A DNA stretch of 64,000 nt from NCBI GenBank assembly GCA_964016885.1, contig OZ024746.1:99386001-99450000 (forward strand), written 5' to 3'. The position numbers and the translations under genes are program-made. Below, piece by piece: positions 13,330-27,280 of the stretch. Position 1 is the first letter of the stretch; each line of letters starts with the position of its first letter. This DNA comes from Eledone cirrhosa (taxonomy: Eukaryota). The notes beneath the pieces are model-generated. The model was given only the letters and a program-made list of their open reading frames with translations, did not search any database and was not told the DNA's origin.

Positions 13330-13485
13330 TAGAGTCTCATGCTTGGGTATTGCGGTGGGATGGTGGTCTCGTGCTTAGGTATTAGGGTGTTATTGGGGTC
13401 GCGTGCTTGGGTATTAGAGTGGAATGGCGGTCTTGTGCTTGGAGTCTCATGCTTGGGTATTGGAGTGGAATGGTGGTCTCGTGTA
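13330..13485. repeat. Degenerate short tandem repeat
   Basis: Recurrent GTCTC(A/G)TGCTTGGGTATT. Confidence 0.7.
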
Positions 13486-13654
13486 GTAACTGTAATTATC
13501 ACATATAATCTATATCTTTGACTAGAGATATCCCCATCCCCAACCATCGCCTATTGATTGAAACATTGGGATGTGATTTAAGAGAGATTTGGCTACTAAA
13601 TGTAGCATGCCAAACAACCAGGCAGACCCGCATTCCCTCTAATTAACTCGTATT

Positions 13655-14072
13655 ATAGTTGGCAGTATAGGTAGAGGCTCGGACGCCATGCTTTGCTGCA
13701 TAGAGTTACGGCTCTTTATTGTCTGAGTTCAAATCCCGCCGAGGTTAACTTTGCCTTTTACCCTTACGAGGTCGATAAAATAAAGTACCAGTAATACACT
13801 GGAGTAATTGCTGGCCTTGTGCCACAAATTAGAAACAATTATAGTGTTTACTTATTTAGGGCGGTGGATTGGCATATCAGTAGAGTGTCAGACACGCTTT
13901 ACAGCACAGAGTTACGGCCCTTTACGTTCTTTGTTTAAATCCGGCAGAGGTTAGCTTTGCCTTTCATCCTTACTGGGTCGATAAAATAAAGTACCAGTTA
14001 AGTGATGGTGTCGATTTAATCGACTTTCCCCTTCCCTTCAAATTGCTGGCCTTGTGCCAGATGTAGAAACAA
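13655..14072 (+). mobile_element. Two tandem copies of the dominant SINE
   Basis: Same consensus with A/B boxes. Further copies at about 16255, 20530, 24076, 32955, 35180, 39457, 50870, 61185 and 61910. Confidence 0.85.
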
Positions 14073-14397
14073 TTGTAGTGTTTACTTGTTTCGGAAGAAC
14101 TCTTTAATTTCCATATTTGGCTTAATGAGCAGGAATGGTTCTCTAGGGAGGAAGATGATATGATCTGTACATGGCGTTAGAATATATTAATAAGTATATC
14201 TACATACTACTAAAAGTCTGTGATTGCTTGCTTGTCTGTAAAAGCTAAAAGGGCGCATAATGGGAAAATATTTTGAAAGGAAGTTGCCCCTGAAATGGGA
14301 AAATAAATTAAATAAAACAAGTTTCGCGTAAATCGAAGCACGGGTTCCCGAGATACGGGGTTTTCTGGGTACTTCATAAACAGAGAGAGAGAGAGAA

Positions 14398-14482
<85 letters not shown>

Positions 14483-14649
14483 TGTGGTGTTGTTGTGTAT
14501 ATATATATATATAAAAAATTTAAAGGGTATATACATATAAACTAGATAAAGCCGTATATATTTATATATATATATAGAAATATGTTTTTGGCAACCACCA
14601 ATCACGGTGTGGCTCAATGAAGAATTAATTAAATAATTAATAATCAGAG

Positions 14650-14694
<45 letters not shown>

Positions 14695-14924
14695 AGTGTG
14701 TGTATATATATATCCATGTGTGTATATGTGTGTGTATGTCTATGGCCAGTGTATATAGATCACAGACACCCACATATATATACACACACACATACACATA
14801 TATGTATGTATACAAACACACGATATATATATATATATATATATATAACGAAGGAAATGTGGTAAGGAACCAGGTGGACCATAACGCACCAAAGTACTCA
14901 ATACTTGAGGTAGTAGAGTGGGTA

Positions 14925-15703
14925 ATAGGAACCAGAAAGACCCCGACAGCTGAGCTCAAGCCGTTTCGACGGCTAATTCTGGACTAAATGAAAATTTATC
15001 CTGGTATTTAAATAGCCGATCTTCTCAAGGGGTAATTCCATATATGGTCAAAGTGATTGTCAAAAATCAGTAGTAATTCTGTGGTTGCAAATTAGTAGGG
15101 GAGATGGTGGCTAAACCTGCCAGTAGGAGAAAGAGGGGAGGGGGTGGAGTAGACCCAATCAAGCGTTTGTAGTGCCAGCTACAGCTGGGCATGAGGTCAA
15201 AGAAGATACAGGGGAGGGGGAGGGGGGGAGGGGGCGGGGGAGGAAGTCGGAACGGTAGGTAGAACAATGGGGGGGTAGAAATATAGGAAGGAAAAAATAC
15301 TGAGAGTGAAGAAATTTGCTTTTCTTCACTCTCAGTATTTTTTCCTTCCTATATTTCTACCCCCCATTGTTCTACCTACCGTTCCGACTTCCTCCCCCCC
15401 TCCCCCTCCCCCTCCCCCTCCCCTGTATCTTCTTTGACCTCATGCCCAGCTGTAGCTGGCACTACCAACGCTTGATTGGGTCTACTCCACCCCTCCCCTC
15501 TTTCTCCTACTGGCAGGTTTAGCCACCATCTCCCCTACTAATTTGCAACCACAGAATTACTACTGATTTTTGACAATCACTTTGACCATATATGGAATTA
15601 CCCCTTGAGAAGATCGGCTATTTAAATACCAGGATAAATTTTCATTTAGTCCAGAATTAGCCGTCGAAACGGCTTGAGCTCAGCTGTCGGGGTCTTACTG
15701 GTT

Positions 15704-15708
<5 letters not shown>
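14925..15708. repeat. Near-perfect palindrome with ~390-bp arms and a ~6-nt loop
   Basis: Symmetric about 15315-15320 with few mismatches. Confidence 0.93.
15600..15693 (+). ncRNA. Hammerhead-like motif with non-canonical core (mirror copy about 14940-15033 on minus)
   Basis: ACCCC-TTGAGAA-GAtCGGCTA...TAGCCGTC-GAAA-CGGCT TGAGCTC AGCTG-TC^GGGGT; all three helices present. Confidence 0.6.
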
Positions 15709-15755
<47 letters not shown>

Positions 15756-15968
15756 CATGAGAAGAAAGAATACTGCGTGGTTGCACATGGGTTACATATG
15801 ATAAAAATAGTCCTTCATCAGTAATTTTCCAACCTTCATTGGTATTTCATCGCTTTAAAAATCATATAACTCCAGTTGATGCGAGCAATAGCTAAATAAA
15901 GCCATTGGGACAAGTAAATCGCGTAAAGTGAGCGAGACAAGTAAACAAACATAGAAGGATATATATAC

Positions 15969-16092
<124 letters not shown>

Positions 16093-17704
16093 GCCTTCCA
16101 GTTTTATTTCACATTATATACATGTCTGTATATATTTTAATTATTTGAAAATTATTTTTTAGGGAATATGATTTAAAAAAAAAACTATTTTGAAGTGAAC
16201 GTGACCCAACTGGTCACAGGTGGTCTAGTCATATATTATAAACAACGTGTTTATGGCTGTGGATTGGCAGTACCGGTAGAGCGTTCGACTACATGCTGTG
16301 TGGCATATAGTTACGATGCTTTACGTTCTGAGTTCAAATCTTTCTGAGGTTAGCTTTACCATTCATCGTTACGGGGTCGATAAAATAAAGTACCAGTAAT
16401 GTACAAAGTCTGTAGCCTTTTGCTTAAAGCTGAAACCATTACAAAGAATGTGTTATTACATATTTTTGAAACCCTATCCAAGGTTTACTTGGAATTTCCT
16501 CGTTCCGTAATTTATAAAATAATCAGCAATTGTATAGCAGTGACACTCCGTCGGTTACGACGACGAGTATTCCTGTTGATACGATCAGCAGAACAGACTG
16601 CTCGTGAAATTAATGTGTAAATGGCTGAGCATTCCACAGAAGCCAGGAGGAAATTACCGACGGCAGTGATCTGTGATCGGTAATTCCCCTTGCTTCTGCT
16701 GGAACTCGCTAGATGGCTCCATACCACCAGCTTACAAAATCCATTGCTAAGGACTTTCAAATATTTATCCGTAAACATACTGTGTATGTTTCCATATACA
16801 GAATACACATATTCCAAATATTTCTGATATTGTAAATTTTCTGCTAAGTTTACAATTTTTTAATTTGTAAAACGCAAGTTATGCTCGCTGCTACATTTTT
16901 CTATATTTATGACAGATTTTATCTTAAATATAATGTATTTGCTTTAATTCTCAAGAACCATGAAATATTTATAATAAATTGCATTGTATATTTAATTAAA
17001 TTAAATCTTTTGTAACAATATAGTAAAAATATTTTAAACATTTTCTTCAATTTTTCAGTTTATTGAATAACCAAATACTTATAAAAAAATTACTCAATTG
17101 TTAAAAAAGAAAATGCATAACTTTTTTAGGCGTCAATTTCAATTACAATTCTTAAAAGAAATCCAAACAAAAAAAATGTTGAAATATAAATTATTCCTAC
17201 ACACAAGTAAATTGGATAGGTACAAACTCCTTGGCGATTGTATGTAATTTTGAAGTTGAATCTATATTAAAATAAATTAAGAACAGCATTGTCCAGCTGG
17301 ATAAAATGTCAATTTTATGAGTATGTAAGTGTATGTAGACAAGTAAGTTATTTTCAATAAGCTATAGTTTCGCATATTTTTTCTTAATTTAATTTACCAA
17401 TTTTTGTTTCAGCAAATCCATAGCAATTCCATGAAAAGTAACGCAAAATTTGTAATAAGTAAAATATTACATTAGGACACAAGAATGTAGACAAATGTAA
17501 AAATGTCACTAATATATTGACAAAAATAAAATTGTAATTATATTATTTATGTTTTATGCTTTTAGAAAATCTTTTCAGATTTGTATGTTTTAAAAATCAG
17601 TAATTACGATTCTTGTAAAAGAAAAAGAATTATAATTCTTTCAATCTCTCCAATATATATATACGGATTGTGTGTAGGTCGGTTCTAATTTACTTAATCG
17701 CTGC

Positions 17705-17910
17705 ACAGATTTTATGGTCAAAACCAACCGGCAGGAGACCCAGGAGTAGACCCCGAGCAAGATGGTTGGATAACATCCATGAGATTGGTCGGTCTAGTTT
17801 GGGGATCCAGCAGGATCAGTTGGAGATGGTTGCTTCTAACAGGACCCACTGGAGGGAGTGTTTGAGGACTCTTCCCCCACGACCCTTTTAGGAATAAGTG
17901 GGCGAAGAAG
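17705..17910 (+). mobile_element. LINE 3'-end fragment (related copy at about 27455-27650)
   Basis: KPTGRRPRSRPRARWLDNI motif typical of RTE-like LINE C-termini; homologous sequence at 27.5 kb. Confidence 0.7.
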
Positions 17911-19119
17911 GTAATTCAATATTATTTTCACGGAGATCCTCTTAACTTATAATTGTAATGCTTCAAGAATTTCATTTCACTCTTCACTAATTCATTATTC
18001 TCATTTTTGTAAAGATATGAGTCGTACTTAGCTAAGAGAAACAGTCACAACAAATGTTTATATTTAGGACTAGAATTGACTAAAATAGATCCAACCTCAT
18101 TTCTTTTTTAGTTTAGTCTTAGTGAAGGCAACTGTTAAAAATTCTCTTTCAAATATGACTTTTCTTAGTGGCATGCTGTCAAGTTAATGCTTATTCTGAC
18201 AAATATGAGTCCTGGTTCACTGACTGCATTCTAAAGTTTTGCTACATCATATTTTATTTCTTATAATTTATTTCACCAGACGTGTATAAATGTGAAATAT
18301 TAAAAAAGGTGCACAAACGAAGAAAGTATAATACACTATTTACAAAGAAGAGAATACAAAGTTATTATGCTTGTGAGGCCATTAAGAAGTATTATAGTAA
18401 AAAAAGAATATCATCCCTCTCGTGACAGCCTGTAAAAGGCGCACTTTATGTAAAGTCATCTTTTAATGTTATTTACACTTTTTGAAATATTTTTTTAATG
18501 TTACTAAATGGTAGGTTTTTGCAGGAAATAGATTTGTTGATTACTCAACAGCATCTTTTTAATATATATTATTTACATCATTTGAGTCTGGAAGAGTTGC
18601 ATATTTGCACACAAAATAATTCCAGACAATTGGTCCACGATAGGGGTAGCTGAATTTATTAAATTTTGTTATGGTATAACTATTACATTTGAATGTTGTC
18701 CTAGAATACTTCGTTGGATATTTGCGAATATTGTTTATACATTTTTCATGAAGACATTTTAGTGTAGAGTTGTGATAAACTTTGAACATTAGTCTCAAGT
18801 GAGCAGCCAAATTTATTTCATAAATGTTTAGTATTTAATTATCAAACATTATATGCCGAGCTAGGTTACCGTATGTGGATTAAAAAGGAAATATATAACA
18901 TTTTCATAGCTTTGTTGTCCAAAAACTTATATGCCTTACATATTATACAAATTTGTGTCGATAGTTTGGATTCTATAGTTTGAATGTACAATTTCCAATT
19001 CAAATTTTCGCCAATAAGGTTTCCCAGAAACATTATATGTCAGGACCTTTTGACTTCATTTGACACAAAATGAAATTTGTGGGCTGTAAAGATAGATCAT
19101 TGTGATAAGTTGATGAACA

Positions 19120-20000
19120 AAATAGATAAATACTGATCACTGTGTAGAATACTTTCACCAAATATTCATAGCGCCTGGAGCCAGAAAACCCCAAAACAAT
19201 GAACAACCTACCAAATAGAGAAGAGGCATTTGTCATGGCCAGGCCACTTCCAGAGAGAAAGGCAATAGGAGTTTGGCAAAATGGAGGAAACAAACTCATT
19301 AAATTTCTCCAGTTGATGCTGGAATCATGGATGGATGGTTAAACATCACGAGACTGAAAGAATGCAAGCATTGCTTCCATATTCAAGACGAGTAGAAGAG
19401 AGGAATGCAGCAGTTACCAAGGAAATTCTTTACTTGCTATACAGTAAAATTCCGTTATAACGAAATTCCCAGGGTATAAAAAAAATTTGTTGTAACGAAA
19501 AATTCTTTATAACGAGATTGACCGAAACATATTGAGCGTTTGTTTGTTATTACCTGGAGGGTTGAAAACATTTCGTTATACTAAAAAATTCGTAATAATA
19601 GTATTCATTATAATGGAATTCTGTAATCAGAAAAATCCTCGCAAAAGGGAGAATGAAAATTCCTGTGGTCCTACCTAAAACACAGTGTGGGTTCACAATG
19701 GAAAGAAACTCTATGGATAAGGTGTTCTATCTGTCTTATAACAGGAAGAAAGGTATGGAACAGAAGGCATTGTATGCAGTCTTTGACTTAATAAAGACAG
19801 TCGATATAACGAAGCTATTAGGGCTGTGGCAGATATTTAGAAAGTTTGAAGATTTTGATGTTCAGGAAGATTCAATTGTATGATCAAATCCCTATTGTCA
19901 TGAAGGCTCAAATCAAGGTGTTCAACTTCAGTACTGGACAATTTGCTGATAAAGTAGGAATGAACCAGGGCTTCATGCTTGCTCCAATATTATTTTCACA
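19120..20000 (+). mobile_element. Decayed RTE-like LINE RT region interrupted by a MITE at 19442-19623
   Basis: Remnants LPKTQCGF, FDLIKT.D and QG..LAP.LFS. Confidence 0.55.
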
Positions 20001-20037
20001 TTGGGAAACTAAACAAACTTGATGTTAATCCTTTTAA

Positions 20038-20257
20038 CCCTTTAGCCTTTAAACCAGTTGTATCCGGCTAGAATTCTCTCACCTCTTTCTGTTCAAACTG
20101 GCTGTAACTGGCCGCTCATACTTATGTTAAGGTATTGTTCTCAAAATCAATAATATCAAAGTCGCATAGATTTGATATTATGAGAGACATTATGTGAGAT
20201 AAACCCTTTTCCATGAAAATATGATAGTAAATAGAGAGTAATGTGAATGCTAAAGGG
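20038..20257. mobile_element. piggyBac-like TTAA MITE family (also 23300-23495, 26691-26847, 35838-36035, about 21165-21580, about 36203-36400, 51525-52017)
   Basis: TTAA|CCCTTTAGC...GCTAAAGGG|TTAA termini and a shared internal sequence. Confidence 0.8.
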
Positions 20258-21929
20258 TTAAAATGTCACACCTCAAGGGTAAGCGTAATTGACTCACATA
20301 TGTTAGTGAGAGAAATGTTATTTTCTTATAATTATCCCCTTGTATTCTATAGTGCAGATCACACACACAGGGTGGTAGATGCCTTTGGAAGAGCAGCCTC
20401 AAAGATTAGTTTCGATATTAACATCTGAAAACTTTTAAAGGTTTCTATCAGTCAAGTAATATCATCATTGAAGAGCAAAAAATAGTAGAGGCAAGCCACT
20501 ATACCTTTCTGGTTAGTAGAATCAGTAATAGGTGGCGAATTGGCAGAGTCGTTAGAATGTCAGATAGAATGCTTTATGGTATTTGTTCCTGCTCTCTGAG
20601 TTCAAGTCCCGCCGAGGTTAATTTTGCCTTTCATCCTTCCAAGGTCGATAAAAAGAGTACCAGTCAAGTACTGGGGTACATTTTTCCTCTATATCTCTTT
20701 CTCATTTCCTCTTTCTTACTTTTTATCTTTCTCGGGAAGAAATCTGCTGTACTGAGGCCTGGAGAGGGATGGGCTCCGCCAGGCTTAAAATGCCCAAGAG
20801 ACGCTGTATGTCACTATGGTGCCCGTACGACTCTATCAGGCATTACGGGACCATACCATACATACATACACAAACGACACTATCACTCGACTCAACTTGC
20901 TTCTAATGGGACAAACCCATCTAACCCATCTAGCATGGAGAATATATGTTAAACGATGATGATGATGATGATGATGACATTAATGTGAAAGGATATTCTG
21001 TAAAACTCTGCAGTGAATGTTGAAGTAGTGATGCTTCGCCTCATATTCTGATTGCTTTTGTTATTATTGATGTCGATCCTGTCTAAACAAAATCTAAAGT
21101 CAAAGGAGTTCCAGCCGTGACCATATCACCTTTTTATATGTGCAATGTGTCCTTTATTTTCTTAACCCTTTAAAATTTACATTACTCTATATATACTATT
21201 GTATTTTCACGGTAAAGGCCATATCCGGCCAGAATTCTCTCACCTCTTTCTGTTCAAACCGGCCATAACCGGTTGCTCATACTTATGTTAATGTATTGTT
21301 CTCAAAATAAATAATATCAAAATCTCGTAGATTCGATATTATGTGAAATAATTATGTCAAATAAAGTGTTTACCGTGAAAATACAATAGTATATATATAT
21401 GTAATGTAAATGTTATGTGAGATATTATATGAGTTAGTTATATGAAATAAAGTGTTTACCGTGAAAATACAATAGTAAATATAAAGTAATGTAAATGTTA
21501 TGTGAGATAGTTATATGAAATAAAGTGTTTACCGTGAAAATACAATAGTAAATATAGAGTAATGTAAATTATACAGGATTGAATAAATAAGACCAAAACA
21601 TAAGATGAATTGCTGAGAAATAATTTATTACCATTTTCAAAAGACAAAAGATTTATATAGAACACACGTCTCTTCTAAACTGTAACATTTGGTACAACTG
21701 GTTCTATTTCACGTGTGAGAATACATTCCTCAAAATGGTGAAGAATGGAATATATATTTGCATTTTAGATTCAAAATATATAATGGCAATGAAAGAAGTT
21801 TTCTGCTACAATGATCGATATCTGCTGGATTCAGAACGTGGCAACGAAAATGAAGGTTTTCCATTATAACATCTCAATGATATATATATATATATATATA
21901 TATTAAAATATTATAAATTAAGAAGAAAT

Positions 21930-22118
21930 AATTGTTTCTACTTTTGGCACAAGGCCAGCAATTACCCAGTACATTATTGGCACTTTATTTTATCGACCCC
22001 GTAAGGATGAAAGGCAAAGTTAACCTTGACGGGATTTGAACTCAGAATGGCAAGGGCCGTAACTCTATGCGTCAAAGCATGGCGTCCGACCCTCTACCGA
22101 TTCTGCCAATCCACCCCT
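21930..22118 (-). mobile_element. Dominant SINE with target-site duplication
   Basis: Flanked by AATTAAGAAGAAATAAT on both sides. Confidence 0.88.
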
Positions 22119-22294
22119 TAATTAAGAAGAAATAATAGACACAAATATATACCCATTTTTTCTTCTATGTCCCGACTGTACAGTTTCGCTGGTCACTATG
22201 CAAAAATCTTATATCATAAAAATATATGTTTGTATATACATGTATATGTATGTATGCACGTATATCTTTGTACCTCTCATTATTATATATATAT

Positions 22295-22325
<31 letters not shown>

Positions 22326-22334
22326 TATATACGA

Positions 22335-22461
<127 letters not shown>

Positions 22462-22462
22462 G

Positions 22463-22513
22463 GGCTTCCTGGTGATTTCTCCCGAATGAAACAGTTCTAG
22501 TCCTGTAGAAGCC
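22463..22513 (+). ncRNA. Hammerhead motif, CUGGUGA variant
   Basis: GGCTTC-CTGGTGA-weak stem II-GAAA-CAG TTCTAGTC CTG-TA^GAAGCC. Confidence 0.6.
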
Positions 22514-24283
22514 ATTTCTATATTAAATGTTTATACTCTGCTATGTACCTTACTTATTGTGGTTATCCCCGATTGAACCCGGGATAAACTAAGATATATA
22601 TATATATATATATATGGATAGATAGATAGTTAAATAGATATTCCAATTTTATTTTAAGTATATTATATAAAGAGAATAGTTGATTTATCACATCTCCAAG
22701 TTTTTCTTCTTCCTTTCATCAAATCATCATCACCACCACCACCATCATCATCACCTCAGCCCCACGACCATCACCGCCACCATCATCATCACCACCACCA
22801 CGACCATCATCATCATCACAATTGTTATTATCAATATCTTCTGTGACGCTAGAGTCCTTACCATTCTCTTTATTCTCTATATTTTCCTATTTTACATTCC
22901 ATTCTTCTCAATCTAAATTTTCTTTTTTTTTCTTTTTCTATTAAACTACATTAAATGTATTAATTCTTTATTTCCAACCTGTCCAAAACCAGATTTGGTT
23001 TCATAAAACAAAACCACCCCTTTCAAATGTCTCTTAATTAAATATAAATCTCCCAACATAATTACTATCTTAGTAATGAAATAATTAATGATTTTAGTGA
23101 ATTCTTCAAAATTCTTCATTAATTAGTTGAAGTAGTATATTTCATTATATACGCAGTTATGAAAGGATTAAATATAATCTGAGTTTAACTATATTTATTT
23201 TACGTTAAAAAGCAGCAAAAAATAAATTATTATATATTCGAGAAAAAGGAAAAATTCCAATTTTCAATACTTTAATTCATTTCTATAAAACATTTTTAAC
23301 CCTTTACCATTTAGATTACTCGATATATCCTACTGTATTTTTGTGGTAAAGGCTTTACCTCACATAATTATCTCACATAATATCGAATCTACGAGATTTT
23401 GATATTGTTTATTTTGATCAGCCGGTTAAAGCTGGTTTGAACAGAAAGAGCTGAGAGAAATGTGGCCAGATATGACCGGTTTATATGCAAAAGGGTTAAG
23501 GGAAAAATGCAAACAAAAAATTGCAAATGACTCTTTCTGCAGAATGAATGAAAGAAAGCCTCTTTTATTCCAACAATTCCTAACACTGAAGATGAAAGAA
23601 AGTATCTTTCAAGTCCTAACACTGAAGATATATTGAATTTCAATATACATTGATCAAAAGATGCAAGATAATCCTTTTTGCTGTCTATGTACATTTTTAT
23701 TTAAGCTTTGAAATATTTTCTACTACTTTCCTTAATTGCTAAGGCTATGATCAAGTCCCCAAAGCTGAATTTCCAGGGTGTTTTATAATAATGACCAGTA
23801 TTACTTATGATAGATTTTGCCTAAGCAATGTAATTTGCAGATGACAGTATTCAATAGTTTACAACTCTCAATAGCCAATATCAAGACACAGACTGTCACT
23901 TAACATTAACGACAGTGACTGCCATGAAACTGCCATGAAACGTTTTCTGTCTTACTACATGGTGAGCCAATGCTGCTGTTTTATGAAGCAATGGCTAGAT
24001 TCCGTTTATGTTTCATTTCCAAGTAGTTTGAAATATATAATTTAACTTCAGCTATATTATGATAATATTATTAATGGGCGGTGGATTGGCAGTATCGGTA
24101 GAGGGTCAGACGTCATGCTTTTCAGCAAAGAGTTACGGCCCTTGCCATTCTGAGTGCAAATCCCGCCGAGGTTAACTTTGCCTCTCATCCTTACAGGGTC
24201 GATAAAATAAAGTACCAGTAATGTACTGGGTAATTGCTGGTCTTGTGCCAAAAGTAGAAACAATTATTAATACTTTGTGAGTA

Positions 24284-24315
<32 letters not shown>

Positions 24316-24359
24316 CACATTCTTTTACTTACATATACACACACATATCTTCTTAGCTT

Positions 24360-25111
24360 CGTAATTATCAAGCCAACATAATTAAAAATGGATGCAATCC
24401 ATTATGCCGTGTATGTAAAAAACAACCAGAGACCATTGATCATATAATTTCAATGTGCAGTCCTATAGCTCCAACCGAATACCTAAGCAGGCATGACAGA
24501 GCTGCACAATACATACATTGGGTAATGTGTAAGCATTTTGACCTGCCCCATCAAAAGAATTGGTGGGAGCATCAACCACCTCCCGTACTTGAAAAAGATC
24601 ACATCTCAATCTTGTGGAACTTTAGCATCCAAACAGACCGAAAAATAGATGCAAATATACCTGATATAATATTGAAGGACTTTAAAAAGAGGGTATGCCT
24701 GCTAATTGATATGTCCCTTCCAATAGACAAGAATGTGTCTATAAAAACATTTGAAAAATTGAGCAGGTATAAAGACTTGGAGATAGAAATTGGAAAAATG
24801 TGGAAGTTGAGAACTAAAACAATACCAGTGGTTGTAGGCGCTCTGGGAATGATACCTAAGGGGTCTAATGATTACTTATCACAAATCCCAGGAAACCCGC
24901 GTATAGGAGAAATAAAAAAGATATTATTACTGGGAACTGCCCATATATTAAGGAAGATTCTGTCAATATAAGTACATCACAGGTCTAAACACCTAAAGAT
25001 ACATGTATGTGTGTATATATTCTTTCTTAAACATGGCAAACTTTGTTGTCTCTTGAGGTCACTGGTTGTGACTTGGTGATAACTGGCATGAACATAAAGC
25101 AAGATAAATGA

Positions 25112-25141
<30 letters not shown>
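24360..25141 (+). mobile_element. R4/Dong-like non-LTR retrotransposon 3' end with restriction-like endonuclease
   Basis: In frame CRVC...DHIISMC (CCHC), RHD, W.FSIQTD, PDII, IDMS.P, EKLSRYKDL; short 3' UTR ending in (AAT)n. Confidence 0.88.
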
Positions 25142-25142
<1 letters not shown>

Positions 25143-25345
25143 TTGGAACACCTCAAAAGGCATGCTTGCTGGGAACAGCAAGAACTCTCCCATACGTCCT
25201 GAATATCTGACGCTGCAGGTAGTGGCTTGATATTCATTTCAACAAACTTTCCAGTTAACTAACATCAATGACTGAGACTCAATGAATAATAATAATAATA
25301 ATAATACACCGACGAATGGCTGCTCTTTCATTACGTTTATTGGTT

Positions 25346-25431
25346 GGTGACGCGTGTTTTCACTACTGATCATCCCAAGGTTCGATCTGTATCGATCTAG
25401 ACCGCCTCTGGAATAAAAAGCTCGTCGGACC
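25346..25431 (-). ncRNA. Hammerhead-like motif with long stem II
   Basis: GGT-CCGACGA-GCT...AGT-GAAAAC ACGC G-TC^ACC; the inverted arm has CTGACGA; decayed homolog at about 60448-60534. Confidence 0.5.
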
Positions 25432-25845
25432 TCTGTAGTAGTAATAACTGTCATTACTACTACAGAGGTCTGACGAGCTTTTGATTCCAGAGGCGGTCTA
25501 GATCGATACAGATCGAACCTTGAGCTCTGTCTAGCTCTACACCTTCATACTGACGTGAACCTAAACTTCGAGTGCTCATCCGAGTGAAGCTACAGTAACT
25601 GCGCGTTACACTCCCTGGATATATATATATATATATTATATATATATATATATATTATATATATATATATATTATATATATATATTATATATATATATAT
25701 ATTATATATATATATTATATATATATATTATATATATATATTATATATATATATTATATATATACGTTATTCCGGGTTGAATCGGAGGTAACCACAGTAA
25801 GTAAGGTACTCAATACATAGCAGAGTATAACAGTTTTAATATAGA

Positions 25846-25900
25846 TGAGATTCTACAGGACTAGAACTGTTTCATTCATTAGAAATCATCAGGAATCTCA
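25846..25900 (-). ncRNA. Type I hammerhead
   Basis: TGAGATTC-CTGATGA-weak stem II-GAAA-CAG TTCTAGTC CTG-TA^GAATCTCA; stem I covaries with the 22463 copy. Confidence 0.72.
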
Positions 25901-26031
25901 TGATGATTTCTAATGAATGAAACAGTTCTAGTCCTGTAGAATCTCATCTATATTAAAAATATATTATATATATATATATATATAATATATATATATATAT
26001 AATATATATATATATATATAATATATATAAT

Positions 26032-26062
<31 letters not shown>

Positions 26063-26507
26063 TATATATATTATATATATATATATATATTATATATATA
26101 TATATATTATATATATATATAATATATATAATATATATATATATATATAATATATATATTATATATATATATTATATATATATATATATAATATATATAT
26201 ATATTATATATTATATATATTATATATATATATATATTATATGTATTATATATATATATATTATATATATATATATATATTATATATTATATATATTATA
26301 TATATATATATATAATATATATATATATAATATATATATTATATATATATATATATTATATATATATATATATAATATATATATATATTATATATATTAT
26401 ATATATATATATTATATATTATATATATTATATATATTATATATATATATATTATATATATATATATTATATATTATATATATTATATATATATATATTA
26501 TATATTA

Positions 26508-26550
<43 letters not shown>

Positions 26551-26566
26551 ATATTATATATATATA

Positions 26567-26620
<54 letters not shown>

Positions 26621-26919
26621 TTTAACATCCATATATATATACGTGTGTGTGAGTGTGCGTGTGTGTGTGTATACACGTTTATCTAGTTAACCCTTTCGTA
26701 TTTACTTACTATATACTTACTATTGTATTTTCACGATATTCACTTTACTTCACATAAATATCTCACATAGTATTGAATCTACGAGATTTTGATATTATTT
26801 AACACATGTAAGAGCAGCTGGTTATGGCCGGTTTAAATGCTAAAGAGTTAAGGAAGACTTACACGCATTAAATGAATGCAAATACTCAGATATTTCTAGA
26901 ATAGTTTATACTCAAATAA

Positions 26920-27280
26920 TTGTTTCTACATTTGACACAAGGCCAGCAATTATTCCAGTGTATTATTGGTACTTTAATTTATCGACCTCGGCGAGATTTG
27001 AACTCAGATCATAAAGGGCCGTAACTCTATGCTGCAAAGCATGGCGTCCGACCTTCTACCGATACTGCCAATCCACCGCCTTATACTCAAATAATTGTTT
27101 CTACTTTTGGCACAAGGCCAGCAATTACCCAGTACATTACTGGTACTTTATTTTATCGACCCCGTAAGGATGAAAGGCAAAGTTAACCTCGGCGGGATTT
27201 GAACACAGACCGTAAAGGGACGTAACTATGCTGGAAAGCATGGCGTCCGACTCTCTACTGATACTGCCAATCCACCGCCC
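26920..27280 (-). mobile_element. Two tandem SINE copies sharing a triplicated target sequence
   Basis: TACTCAAATAAT occurs before, between and after the two copies. Confidence 0.85.

Noticed and set aside
22680-22916. His/Thr/Ile-rich ORF
   Set aside because: (CAT/CAC)n trinucleotide repeat.
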